NCBI GenBank assembly: GCA_964570675.1
Contig: CAZMZS010000001.1
Span: forward strand, 3,770-67,769
From: an uncultured Roseovarius sp.
GTDB taxonomy: Bacteria; Pseudomonadota; Alphaproteobacteria; Rhodobacterales; Rhodobacteraceae
DNA: 64,000 nucleotides
Reading direction: 5' to 3'
Under the pieces are notes generated by a model that saw only the letters and a program-made list of their open reading frames with translations, did no database searches and was not told where the DNA came from. The position numbers and the translations under genes are program-made. Of the stretch, positions 34,734-44,131 are shown piece by piece (the first letter of the stretch is position 1; the number at the start of each line of letters is the position of its first letter).

Positions 34734-34955
34734 GCCTTGTTAACAAGGCCCGGCGGGCTGCGGCAATATGGCGGTATCACGTCGGTATCGCGTCGGTATC
34801 GGGTGCCGAAACGGGCCGCGTTAACGTGGCGCGCGGTGCTTTCGGGTACGAAAGCGCGCGGATTTTGCACAAAATCCGTATCGCGCGCCATGCGGCGCGC
34901 GACGGGGGGCCAGCCCCCCGGACCCCCCCGAGGTATTTGAAGCCAGATGAAGGGG
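34734..34955. repeat. Composite palindromic/REP-like intergenic element
   Basis: 16-bp palindrome GCCTTGTTAACAAGGC; three 11-bp tandem units; hairpins GCTTTCG-ggta-CGAAAGC and CGGATTTTG-ca-CAAAATCCG; GGGGGGC-ca-GCCCCCC block. Confidence 0.6.
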
Positions 34956-34961
34956 GAAAGC

Positions 34962-34993
34962 AAAGGGCGCGCCGCAGATGGGCGCGCCCTTTT
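34962..34993. terminator. Bidirectional-type terminator downstream of the enoyl-CoA hydratase
   Basis: AAAGGGCGCGCC-gcagatg-GGCGCGCCCTTTT. Confidence 0.75.
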
Positions 34994-35014
34994 GGTGACG
35001 GGTTCAGCCGATGG

Positions 35015-35791
35015 TCACTTGTCGCGGAACTGGGGCTCGCGTTTTTCCACGAAGGCGGCCATGCCTTCGGCCTGATCTTCGGTGGCGAAGAGCGAGTGGA
35101 ACACGCGGCGCTCGAAGAGGAGGCCTTCGCGAAGGGTGGTCTCGTAGGAACGGTTCACCGATTCCTTGACCGCCATCACACCGATCATGGATTTCTCGGC
35201 GATCTTGTCAGCCGCCGAGCGGGCCTCTTCCATCAGTTTCTTGACAGGGACGACGCGGCTGACGAGGCCCGAGCGTTCGGCCTCTTCGGCATCCATGAAG
35301 CGGCCCGTGAGATTCATGTCCATCGCCTTGGATTTGCCGATGAAGCGGGTCAGGCGCTGGCTGCCGCCAAGCCCGGCCATGACGCCGAGATTGATTTCGG
35401 GCTGGCCAAATTTGGCGGTGTCCGAGGCGATGATGAAATCGCACATCATCGCCAGTTCGCAGCCACCGCCCAGCGCGTAGCCGGAGACGGCGGCGATGAT
35501 CGGTTTACGGACCCGCATGATCGCGTCGCTTTCGGGACCGAAGAAATCCTCGGAAAATACTTCGACGAAGCCCTTGCCGCTCATCATCTTGATATCGGCA
35601 CCGGCTGCAAAGGCCTTGTCGGAGCCGGTCAGGATGATGCAGCGCACCTTTTCATTCGCCTGCGCGTCCTTGAGCGCGGTGCACAGCTCGGTCATGAGCT
35701 GGGCGTTGAGCGCATTCAGGGCATCGGGGCGATTGAGTTTGATGAGGGCGACGTGGTCTTCTATTTCGACGATGATCGTCTCATAGGCCAT
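35015..35791 (-). CDS. Enoyl-CoA hydratase
   Basis: [37 protein letters not shown]. Confidence 0.95.
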   Translation of the reverse strand: MAYETIIVEIEDHVALIKLNRPDALNALNAQLMTELCTALKDAQANEKVRCIILTGSDKAFAAGADIKMMSGKGFVEVFSEDFFGPESDAIMRVRKPIIAAVSGYALGGGCELAMMCDFIIASDTAKFGQPEINLGVMAGLGGSQRLTRFIGKSKAMDMNLTGRFMDAEEAERSGLVSRVVPVKKLMEEARSAADKIAEKSMIGVMAVKESVNRSYETTLREGLLFERRVFHSLFATEDQAEGMAAFVEKREPQFRDK

Positions 35792-35856
35792 GAAATCTGC
35801 TTTCGCTTGTTTCTGTCAGAACGGATTCATTACCACTGTCTGCGTCCGGATCAACC

Positions 35857-36708
35857 TCATCTTTGGCAGGAGGTGCAGTAGAAGCTGGAGCGCCCGGACT
35901 GAACGATGCGCCGGATGGTGCCGGTGCAGCCAGCGCCGCGGCAGGGCAGGCCTTCGCGATCGTAAACGTCGAAGCGATGTTGAAAATAACCAAGTTCCCC
36001 GTCTGCCTGACGAAAATCGCGCAAGGATGACCCGCCCGCCTCGATGGCATCAAACAGCACATCGCGGATGATCCCCACCAACCCCGCCGCACGGGCGCGC
36101 GACAGATTGCCCGCGCGTCGCTTTGGGGAAATCCGCGCACGGTAGAGCACCTCGCAGACATAGATATTGCCCAGACCCGCAACGATTCGCTGGTCGAGCA
36201 GCGCCGATTTGATCGGCGTCTTGCGCCCGGCGAGCGCATCGGCCAGGCAGGTCTCGTCAAAGCGGTTGCCCAGCGGTTCCGGCCCGAGTTTCGCCAGCAG
36301 CGGGTGGGTATCGGCCCGGGCGGTCTCGATCAGGTCCATCGCGCCGAAGCGGCGCGGGTCGTTGAAGGTGATGCGCGCGCCATTCGCCATGTCGAAGACA
36401 ACGTGATCGTGTTTCAGGGCCGCCGGGTGGTCGTGGTGAAACATCCCCAATGGATCGCCCGAGACGGTCATGCGCCCCGACATGCCCAGATGGATGAGCA
36501 GGGTTTCCCCCGAGGAGAGGTCGGCGAGGATATATTTCGAGCGCCGCCGCAGCGCGATGACGCGTTGCCCGGTCAGGCGAGCGGCCATGTTTTCGGGGAA
36601 AGGCCAGCGCAGGTCGGGGCGGTTGACCGCGGCGCGCGCGATCACGGCGCCTTCCATGGCGGGAAGAAGGCCGCGGCGAACTGTCTCGACCTCGGGGAGT
36701 TCGGGCAT
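35857..36708 (-). CDS. mutM: Formamidopyrimidine-DNA glycosylase
   Basis: [22 protein letters not shown]-terminal Zn finger. Confidence 0.98.
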   Translation of the reverse strand: MPELPEVETVRRGLLPAMEGAVIARAAVNRPDLRWPFPENMAARLTGQRVIALRRRSKYILADLSSGETLLIHLGMSGRMTVSGDPLGMFHHDHPAALKHDHVVFDMANGARITFNDPRRFGAMDLIETARADTHPLLAKLGPEPLGNRFDETCLADALAGRKTPIKSALLDQRIVAGLGNIYVCEVLYRARISPKRRAGNLSRARAAGLVGIIRDVLFDAIEAGGSSLRDFRQADGELGYFQHRFDVYDREGLPCRGAGCTGTIRRIVQSGRSSFYCTSCQR

Positions 36709-36806
36709 AGGTTCCATCCTGTGACGCATGGGGCGCATTGTATCCGCCCCCATGCGCCCTATAAGAAGGGCGAGACAGAGCAACGGCAAGGCCCCGGTGG
36801 CGGAAC

Positions 36807-37550
36807 ATGAACGAGAAGACCACCCATTTCGGATTTCAGAGCGTGCCGGAGGCCGAAAAGGCCGGGCGCGTGCAGGGCGTGTTCGGGTCGGTCGCATCGA
36901 AATACGATGTGATGAACGACGCGATGTCGCTGGGCATTCACCGCATCTGGAAGGACGCGATGATGGATTGGCTGGCGCCCCGCCCCGGCCAGCGCCTGTT
37001 GGACGTGGCCGGAGGCACGGGCGACATAGCGTTTCGTTTCCTCAAGCGCGCCGGGCATGGCCATGCCACGGTGCTGGACCTGACCGAGCCGATGCTGATC
37101 GAGGGGCGCAAGCGCGCCGAGGCGGCGGCGATGGCCGACAGTCTTGACTGGCTGGTGGGCGATGCAATGGCGCTGCCGTTCGCGGATAACAGTTTCGATG
37201 TCTACACGATCAGTTTCGGCATCCGTAACGTGACCCGCCCGCAAGAGGCCCTGAACGAGGCGTTTCGCGTGTTGCGCCCCGGCGGGCGGCTGATGGTGCT
37301 GGAGTTCAGCCAGATCCCCAATGATCTGATGCAATGGGCCTATGATCTGTATTCCTTCAACATCATTCCCCGGCTCGGGCAGGCGATCGCGAATGATCGC
37401 GAGAGCTATCAATACCTGGTGGAATCGATCCGCCGTTTTCCCGATCAGGAAACGTTCCTCGGCATGGTGCGAGAGGCCGGGTTCGGGAACGCGAAATACC
37501 GCAACCTGAGCATGGGTGTCGCCTGCCTGCATTCGGGCTGGAAGATCTGA
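36807..37550 (+). CDS. ubiE: Ubiquinone/menaquinone C-methyltransferase
   Basis: [35 protein letters not shown]. Confidence 0.97.
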   Translation: MNEKTTHFGFQSVPEAEKAGRVQGVFGSVASKYDVMNDAMSLGIHRIWKDAMMDWLAPRPGQRLLDVAGGTGDIAFRFLKRAGHGHATVLDLTEPMLIEGRKRAEAAAMADSLDWLVGDAMALPFADNSFDVYTISFGIRNVTRPQEALNEAFRVLRPGGRLMVLEFSQIPNDLMQWAYDLYSFNIIPRLGQAIANDRESYQYLVESIRRFPDQETFLGMVREAGFGNAKYRNLSMGVACLHSGWKI

Positions 37551-39083
37551 ATGCGGGGGCCGCACAATATCCTGCGCCTGATCCGCACGGGCGCCACGCT
37601 GGAGCGCAGCGGCGCGATGGCCGTGGTGATGGATGCGTTCGATGCGCCGCGCCTGGTCAGGGTGACGATGCGTCTGCTGGCCTGGCCGTTCCAATGGCTT
37701 GGGTATCGCGGCGACCCCGAGATGCCGCCCGCGACACGGGCGCTGACGGCGCTGGGGCCGGCTTATATCAAGTTCGGGCAAATCCTGTCGACGCGTCCGG
37801 ACCTGGTGGGGGATGATCTGGCAACGCAGTTGCGGGTCTTGCAGGACAAGCTGCCGCCGTTTCCGGTGGCGGTGGCCAAGGCCTCGGTCGAGGCGCAGCT
37901 GGGCCGCCCGGTGGAAGAGGTGTTTGACGATTTCAGCGCGCCGGTGGCGGCCGCGTCGATAGCGCAGGTGCATCGCGCGACCCTGCGCGAGGGCGGCGAG
38001 GAAGTGGCCGTCAAGGTGCTGCGCCCCGGCATAGAGAAGGCGTTTCGCAAGGATATCGACGCGTTCTATTTCGCCGCGCGCACCATCGAGTTCCTGTCAC
38101 CCGGATCGCGGCGCTTGCGGCCGACCGATGTGATCGCCCATTTCGAGGGCGTGGTGATGGGCGAGCTCGATCTGCGGCTGGAGGCGTCTTCGGCCAGCGA
38201 ATTCACTGCCAATACTTCAGAGGATGAGGGCTTTGCCCTGCCCAGGGTGAACTGGCCGCTGTCGGGGCGGCGGGTGATGACGATGGGCTGGGCCGATGGT
38301 GTGCCGCTGGGCGACAATGCGGCGCTCGATGCTGCCGGGCATGACCGCGCGCAGCTGGCCGAGAGGGTGTTGCAGCTGTTCCTGAAACACGCGCTCAGGG
38401 ACGGGTATTTTCACGCCGACATGCATCAGGGCAACCTGAAGGTGGCGCCGTCGGGGGATATCATCGCCTATGATTTCGGGATCATGGGGCATATCGACGA
38501 ATATACCCGCAAGGTCTATGCCGAGATCCTTTATGGTTTCATCAAGCGCGATTACCAGCGCGTCGCGGAGGTGCATTTCGAGGCGGGCTACGTGCCGGCT
38601 GACCGGGACGTGGACGAGTTCGCGCGGGCGCTGCGCGCGGTCGGGGAGCCGATCTTCGGGATGGACGCGTCGCATATGTCGATCGGCAACCTGCTGAGCT
38701 ACCTTTTCGAGGTGACCGAGCGTTTCGGGATGGAGACCCGCACCGAGCTGATCCTGTTGCAGCGCACGATGGTGGTGGTCGAGGGGGTGGCGAGGTCGCT
38801 GGACCCGCAGATCAACATCTGGCAGGCCGCACGGCCGGTGGTCGAGGATTACATCCGCAAGAATATCGGCCCGCGCGCGGCGATGCGCGATCTGCACAAG
38901 ACGCTGGCGGTGCTGACGCGTTACGGGCCGCGATTGCCGGCGATTGTCGAGAATGCGCTGATCCGCCAATCCATGCCGGTAGAGCCCGCGCCGCGCGGGA
39001 GTCGCGCAGCGGGTGCGCTTTGGGCATTGGGCGGCGGGCTGGCAGGGGTGGCGGCGACGATGGCGGCGTTCTGGCTGATCTGA
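37551..39083 (+). CDS. ubiB: UbiB kinase-like ubiquinone biosynthesis protein
   Basis: KFGQILSTRPD, AAASIAQV, VAVKVLRP, FHADMHQGN, YDFG. Confidence 0.96.
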   Translation: MRGPHNILRLIRTGATLERSGAMAVVMDAFDAPRLVRVTMRLLAWPFQWLGYRGDPEMPPATRALTALGPAYIKFGQILSTRPDLVGDDLATQLRVLQDKLPPFPVAVAKASVEAQLGRPVEEVFDDFSAPVAAASIAQVHRATLREGGEEVAVKVLRPGIEKAFRKDIDAFYFAARTIEFLSPGSRRLRPTDVIAHFEGVVMGELDLRLEASSASEFTANTSEDEGFALPRVNWPLSGRRVMTMGWADGVPLGDNAALDAAGHDRAQLAERVLQLFLKHALRDGYFHADMHQGNLKVAPSGDIIAYDFGIMGHIDEYTRKVYAEILYGFIKRDYQRVAEVHFEAGYVPADRDVDEFARALRAVGEPIFGMDASHMSIGNLLSYLFEVTERFGMETRTELILLQRTMVVVEGVARSLDPQINIWQAARPVVEDYIRKNIGPRAAMRDLHKTLAVLTRYGPRLPAIVENALIRQSMPVEPAPRGSRAAGALWALGGGLAGVAATMAAFWLI

Positions 39084-39183
39084 CATCCGTTTGCGGCGCG
39101 CCGGGTGATCCCGCTTGGCGTGTTGTGAAAATCGACTCGTCCCGTTAGGGTGGTATTATCGCGCCTGCTGGTGGAGTTGATGA

Positions 39184-41337
39184 GTGAGCTGTTTTTCCCG
39201 TGGATGGAGCGCCCTGATCGCGCTGGCTCTGTGGCCCTTGCCGGGACTGGCGGAGGGGCCGGGCACCTGGACGCAGAGCGGGCGGCTGACGACCGAGGTC
39301 ACGGACAGCTATGGCGCACCGGGCGGGCTGATCGACATGCCGAGTGCCGAGATGGCGCCAGAGGCGCAGATCTCGGCCACGGTCTCGCATTATGACGGCA
39401 CCACCAAGACGACGCTGAGCTTTCAGCCGACACGCTGGCTGAGCACCTCGTTCCGCTATTCGGCCATTCGCGGGCTGCGCCCCGATCCGGGCCGCCCGCC
39501 CTATGACACATTTTACGACCGCAGTTTCGATCTGCGCATCCGTCTGATGGAGGAAACCGCCACCCGGCCCGCCGTGGCGCTGGGCCTGCGTGATTTCGTA
39601 GGCACGGGGCTGTTCGGGGGCGAATATATCGTCGCCACAAAGGCCATCGGCAAGCGTCTGAGGCTGACAGGCGGGCTTGGCTGGGGCCGTCTGGGCAGCC
39701 ATGGCGCGTTCGCCAAGACCGGAACGCGGCCAACGGCACTGCTGGGCGAAGGCGGCATCCCGACGCATGACCGCTGGTTCCGGGGCGATGTGGCCGGGTT
39801 CGCCGGGCTGAGCTATGCCGCGAGCGACCGGCTGAACCTGAAGCTGGAATATTCATCGGACGGCTATGACCGCGAGGTCCGCGACGGGATCACGCGGCAC
39901 CGGTCGCCCTGGAATGCGGGGCTGGATTACAAGCTGAGCGACACGTTCCGCCTGAGCGCCTATTCGCTCAATGGCAACGAGCTGGGGGTGAGCGCGACCT
40001 TGTCGCTCAATGCGCGCAAGCCTGTGGTCGCTGGCGGGGCCGAAGCCGCGCCGATGCCCGTTGCGCCGCGCGCGCCGGGGGCCGGGCGCGATCTTGGCTG
40101 GACCAGCGGCGGCGCGGCGGAAACGGCCCGGCTGCGCACCCTGGTCGCCAACAGCCTCAAGACCGAAGGGCTGGTGCTTCAGGGGTTCACACATGACGCC
40201 ACCAGCGCCCATGTGGCGATCCGCAATCCGCGCTATGATATCCGCGCGCAGGCGGTGGGGCGCACCGCGCGGGTGCTGACCCGCACCCTGCCCGCCTCGA
40301 TCGAGGTGCTGACGATCACGCAGGTCGAACAGGGCATTCCGACCAGCGCCGTGACCCTGCGGCGCAGCGATCTGGAGCGGTTGGAGCACGGCGCGGCCAG
40401 CGAAATACTGGCCGCTGCAGCCTTCAGCGACCCGCTAGTTATCGGCGGCAAGCCGATGTCGCTGCGCGAAGCCTATCCGCGATTCGACTGGTCGGTGGGG
40501 CCGTTCCTGCGCTTCAGCGTCTTTGATCCGGACAGCCCGGTGCGCGCCAATGGCGGTATCGCGCTGACAGCGGATTATCATATCGCGCCGGGCTGGCGGG
40601 CCTCGGGCGCGGTTTCGGTCAAGCTGTTTGGCGATCTGGACGATGTCAGGACCGTGCCGACCAAGCTGCCAAGGGTGCGTTCGAATGTGGGGCGCTATTC
40701 GGCGACCAACGATCCCACGCTCGACCACCTGACGCTGGCGCATTACGGGCGGCCGGGAAAGGATCTTTTTAGCCGGGTCACGCTGGGCTATCTTGAAAAG
40801 ATGTATGCCGGGGCGTCGGGCGAGCTGTTGTGGAAGCCTGTCGGCAGCCGTCTGGCACTGGGCGCCGAGATCAATTACGTGGTGCCGCGCGATTTCGACC
40901 AGTTGTTCGGGACGCGCAGCCACACCACCCGCACCGGCACGATCCCGGAGGTGAACGGGCATATCTCGGCCTATTACGACTTCCGAAACGGGTTTCACGG
41001 GCAGCTTGATGTCGGGCGCTACCTGGCCGGGGACTGGGGCGCGACCCTGTCGCTTGACCGGGTCTTTGCCAATGGCTGGCGCATCGGCGCTTATGCGACC
41101 AAGACAGATGTATCCGCGAGCGCCTTTGGCGAGGGCTCGTTCGACAAGGGCATCAGGATCACGATCCCGCTGTCCTGGGGCGTCGGGCAGCCGACGCGCA
41201 GGCGCTCGGATCTGGTGATCCGGTCGCTGTCGCGCGATGGCGGCGCGCGGCTTCATGTGGATGATCGTCTTTACGACAGCATCCGCGATACGCATCGGCC
41301 CGAAATGGCCAAAAGCTGGGGGAAGTTCTGGCGATGA
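39184..41337 (+). CDS. YjbH/GfcD family outer-membrane beta-barrel protein
   Basis: Signal peptide; YG..GLIDMPSA, YDRSFD, EYIVATK, GYLEKMY, GRYLAGDWG, FGEGSFDKG. Start codon uncertain. Confidence 0.88.
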   Translation: MSCFSRGWSALIALALWPLPGLAEGPGTWTQSGRLTTEVTDSYGAPGGLIDMPSAEMAPEAQISATVSHYDGTTKTTLSFQPTRWLSTSFRYSAIRGLRPDPGRPPYDTFYDRSFDLRIRLMEETATRPAVALGLRDFVGTGLFGGEYIVATKAIGKRLRLTGGLGWGRLGSHGAFAKTGTRPTALLGEGGIPTHDRWFRGDVAGFAGLSYAASDRLNLKLEYSSDGYDREVRDGITRHRSPWNAGLDYKLSDTFRLSAYSLNGNELGVSATLSLNARKPVVAGGAEAAPMPVAPRAPGAGRDLGWTSGGAAETARLRTLVANSLKTEGLVLQGFTHDATSAHVAIRNPRYDIRAQAVGRTARVLTRTLPASIEVLTITQVEQGIPTSAVTLRRSDLERLEHGAASEILAAAAFSDPLVIGGKPMSLREAYPRFDWSVGPFLRFSVFDPDSPVRANGGIALTADYHIAPGWRASGAVSVKLFGDLDDVRTVPTKLPRVRSNVGRYSATNDPTLDHLTLAHYGRPGKDLFSRVTLGYLEKMYAGASGELLWKPVGSRLALGAEINYVVPRDFDQLFGTRSHTTRTGTIPEVNGHISAYYDFRNGFHGQLDVGRYLAGDWGATLSLDRVFANGWRIGAYATKTDVSASAFGEGSFDKGIRITIPLSWGVGQPTRRRSDLVIRSLSRDGGARLHVDDRLYDSIRDTHRPEMAKSWGKFWR

Positions 41338-42014
41338 AGACACGGTTTATGCGCATATTGGCCCTTGGGCTGGCAGGGACGCTGATGGCGGGATGTGGCA
41401 GCGGCAAGGATGACAACGCAAGCACGTTTGCGATTGTGAAAGGGCTTTTCAAGCCCCGTCCACAGGCACCACCCCCCGATGCGGCGCAGCTGAACGCGGC
41501 GATCACGGGTTCGCTTGCGGCGACAGAACGGCCTCTGGTGCTGATGACGCTGCCCGACCATCGGGTGATCACCATCGTCGAGCGGATCGAGGAAAATGGC
41601 GCGCATGAGACATTCGCGGCACCGGACCGCCGGACCCTGACTCTGGTGCAGGGGATGCTGAGCGGCACACGAGGGCTCGGGCATGACCTGATGTCCGCGG
41701 ATGTGGCCGAGAGCGCGCGGTTGGTTTCAGCGCGCGAGGAGGGCACGGCGCGGCGCATTCAGCGATACATGAATGGCGAGAGCCAGATCATCGCGCTGAC
41801 GGCTGATTGCAGCGTGACCCGGGGTGATGCGCGGCGTCTGACCATCGGCGAGATCGCGGCGCGCCCGGTGATCGAGATGCACGAGGTGTGCCGCCTGAGC
41901 GACTGGCAGTTCGAGAACAGCTATATGGTGGATGAGGCAAGCGGGCGCGTGTTGCGGTCGCGCCAGTGGGTCGGGCCACGCAATGGCTATGCGGTGCTGA
42001 ACGCCTTGCGCTGA
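41334..42014 (+). CDS. YjbF/GfcB family lipoprotein
   Basis: Lipobox LMAGC; GTRGLGHDLMS and SRQWVG motifs. Overlaps the yjbH stop. Confidence 0.85.
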   Translation: MKTRFMRILALGLAGTLMAGCGSGKDDNASTFAIVKGLFKPRPQAPPPDAAQLNAAITGSLAATERPLVLMTLPDHRVITIVERIEENGAHETFAAPDRRTLTLVQGMLSGTRGLGHDLMSADVAESARLVSAREEGTARRIQRYMNGESQIIALTADCSVTRGDARRLTIGEIAARPVIEMHEVCRLSDWQFENSYMVDEASGRVLRSRQWVGPRNGYAVLNALR

Positions 42015-42091
42015 GTTGGCGCGTGCGGCTCAGGGTATTGCGGGGTGGCTGTGCCACACCGTCTTGCGACGGTGTGGCGTCATGCCTGCGA

Positions 42092-42322
42092 TCAGGTGTC
42101 GCCGCTGGAATCGACGGCGGCCACGGTGACGACGGTCACCACGAGGCCAACAGCCACGAGGCCGGCCGTTCCCATGCCGCCGAGCAGCCCGCCGGCAAGG
42201 ACGCCTTGACTTGAGACGAAAGGGTCGGGATTCACGCTGTTGTCGGGCCCTTCGGCGGCGACAGGTGCTGCGACGGTCAATGCGATGGCGGCGGCTGCGG
42301 CGAAGGTCGAAAATGTCTTCAT
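42092..42322 (-). CDS. Small secreted Gly/Ala/Val-rich protein (YjbE/GfcA-like), 76 aa
   Basis: GGAGAG RBS; signal peptide ending APVAA; DPFVSSQ; Gly-rich hydrophobic segment; DSSGDT tail. Confidence 0.75.
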   Translation of the reverse strand: MKTFSTFAAAAAIALTVAAPVAAEGPDNSVNPDPFVSSQGVLAGGLLGGMGTAGLVAVGLVVTVVTVAAVDSSGDT

Positions 42323-42482
42323 GATACTCTCCAACATTGGTTGACTCGGAATCCCCCAATTGGGGCTGCGGGAAGTATCGCACAACTTTCGGTCAAAAGT
42401 AAGGCCCAGTACTCTACCTTTGAGGTATTAAAATGCAGAAATGCCCGGCCCAGAGAGCAGTGAGGCATGCACGCGGACCGGA

Positions 42483-43364
42483 TCAGGCGGAGTCCAACGC
42501 GATCAGCGCGGCCTGTTCGGCATCGGCGGCGGCGCGCGCGCCGGGATCACCGCCTTCGTGGCGCCAGAGGCAATAGGCCAGCATCCGCCAGTGATACCAT
42601 GGCGCCAGTCGCCGGTAGCGCGCGATGATGGCGGGGTCCCGGTAGCTGGCGAGGAAGGCGGCGCGCTCGGCCGTGTCCAGAGGCGCGCCACGATAGCTGA
42701 GCTGCATGGCGGGCGAAAGGAACAGCGCGATATCCTCGCAAGGGTCGCCAATGGCGGGGCATTGCCAGTCGATCAGGCGCGCGCCGGTTTCGCCGACCAC
42801 CATGTTGGCGGCAACCGGGTCGCCGTGCAGCAGGGTGGCGCGGCCAAGTGCGGGCACCTCGTGGCGAGGCATCAGCGAGCGGGCGGCATGGGCGGCGTGG
42901 GATTCGCAGCGCGCGAGGATCGCCGCGGTCTGTTCGCCAAGGGCAAGGCTGCCATCCGGGGCGTTGCGCAGGCCCGGTGGCGGCGCGATCGCATGCAGGC
43001 GCTTGAGCACCGCCGCCGCCATGTAGGCGCCGCGCGTCCAGGCTGCGCCCGCCAGATGGGCGTAGACAAGGCAGGGCCCCGCCGGGGTTTTGCCGAAATA
43101 CAGCGGGTGCGGCGCGATGCCATGGCCCGAAAGGTGGCGCAGCAGGCGCAATTCCACCGCCGGATCATTGGGAAACAGCGGATTGGGCGCAGCCTGTCTG
43201 TAGAGCTTGACCACGACCAGGCCACCCGATGGGCGCGAGACCCGCCAGAGCCGGTTGGTGCGCCCGCCCTCCAGCGCCGTCCAGCTGGCGTCTGGCGGCA
43301 CGATGCCTGCGGCGACCAGCGCCGGGGCCAGCGTTTCGGGCGGAAGGTCGTCTGCGTTAGTCAT
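42483..43364 (-). CDS. APH/choline kinase-like phosphotransferase
   Basis: LEGGRTN, VVKLY, LLHGDPVAAN and LIDWQ kinase motifs. Confidence 0.85.
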   Translation of the reverse strand: MTNADDLPPETLAPALVAAGIVPPDASWTALEGGRTNRLWRVSRPSGGLVVVKLYRQAAPNPLFPNDPAVELRLLRHLSGHGIAPHPLYFGKTPAGPCLVYAHLAGAAWTRGAYMAAAVLKRLHAIAPPPGLRNAPDGSLALGEQTAAILARCESHAAHAARSLMPRHEVPALGRATLLHGDPVAANMVVGETGARLIDWQCPAIGDPCEDIALFLSPAMQLSYRGAPLDTAERAAFLASYRDPAIIARYRRLAPWYHWRMLAYCLWRHEGGDPGARAAADAEQAALIALDSA

Positions 43365-43438
43365 GGGCGGGGCGGAACCTGCGGTTCGTCTGCGAATCGC
43401 CGGACGCTAGGCCACCGCGACAGGCGAGGCAAGGGCGC

Positions 43439-44119
43439 TCAGCCCTGTGGTTCGCGCAGTCCGAGGATTTCGCCCGAGGCCACCTCTTCGCCGCCCTCGA
43501 AGATCAGGGTGATCTGGTCGTCATCGTTGCGCGCCTCGACGATCCGTCCATGAAGCTCGGCGGGATGCGCGCCCAGCAGTTCGCCGGCACGATAGGATTC
43601 CAGCGTGATGTCGTAGCGTCCGGACGACAGCGGCGCGCCGTTGCCGCCGACCCCGGCCCATTGCACCGGCCCGGTGTCGGCGGGCGCATCGAGCCGCTGC
43701 ACGATGTCGCCCTTCGTGTCGCGCACCACGATCTGTGCGGAATCGGCCAGCGGATCGGCCCGCAACGTCAGGGTCAGCGGGGTGCCGTCGAATTCGACAG
43801 GGGTCACGGCGCGGGCCTCCATCCCGACCCAGCCGGCCAATTGCGACATGCCCAGCGCCCCGACACGCGCGCCAAGCGATTCCAGAAGGTCATTGGTGCG
43901 CACCTGCTGCTCGACCGTCGAGAAGGTCGCCAATTGGACGGCGAAATCGGCGGATTCGACCGGGTTGAGCGGATCCTGATTGCGCATCTGAGCGGTCAAC
44001 ATCTTGAGGAAGGTCTCGAAATCCGAACTGAGCACGGGCCTTTCGTCAGATTCCGGCGCCGCCGCGGACGCGGGCGGTGGGCTGGCGGCGGGGGGTATGG
44101 AGGAGGTCAGTTCTACCAT
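43439..44119 (-). CDS. flgD: Flagellar hook capping protein FlgD
   Basis: DFETFLKMLTAQMRNQDPLNP, QLATFSTVEQ. Confidence 0.93.
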   Translation of the reverse strand: MVELTSSIPPAASPPPASAAAPESDERPVLSSDFETFLKMLTAQMRNQDPLNPVESADFAVQLATFSTVEQQVRTNDLLESLGARVGALGMSQLAGWVGMEARAVTPVEFDGTPLTLTLRADPLADSAQIVVRDTKGDIVQRLDAPADTGPVQWAGVGGNGAPLSSGRYDITLESYRAGELLGAHPAELHGRIVEARNDDDQITLIFEGGEEVASGEILGLREPQG

Positions 44120-44131
44120 GGTTAAGCCTTT

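Noticed and set aside
34772..34804. CRISPR-like or iteron array
   Set aside because: Only three abutting 11-bp units, with no spacers and no cas or rep gene.
42092..42322. GlyGly-CTERM (rhombosortase) sorting signal in the microprotein
   Set aside because: The hydrophobic segment ends in an acidic/polar tail rather than the basic cluster that defines this signal.
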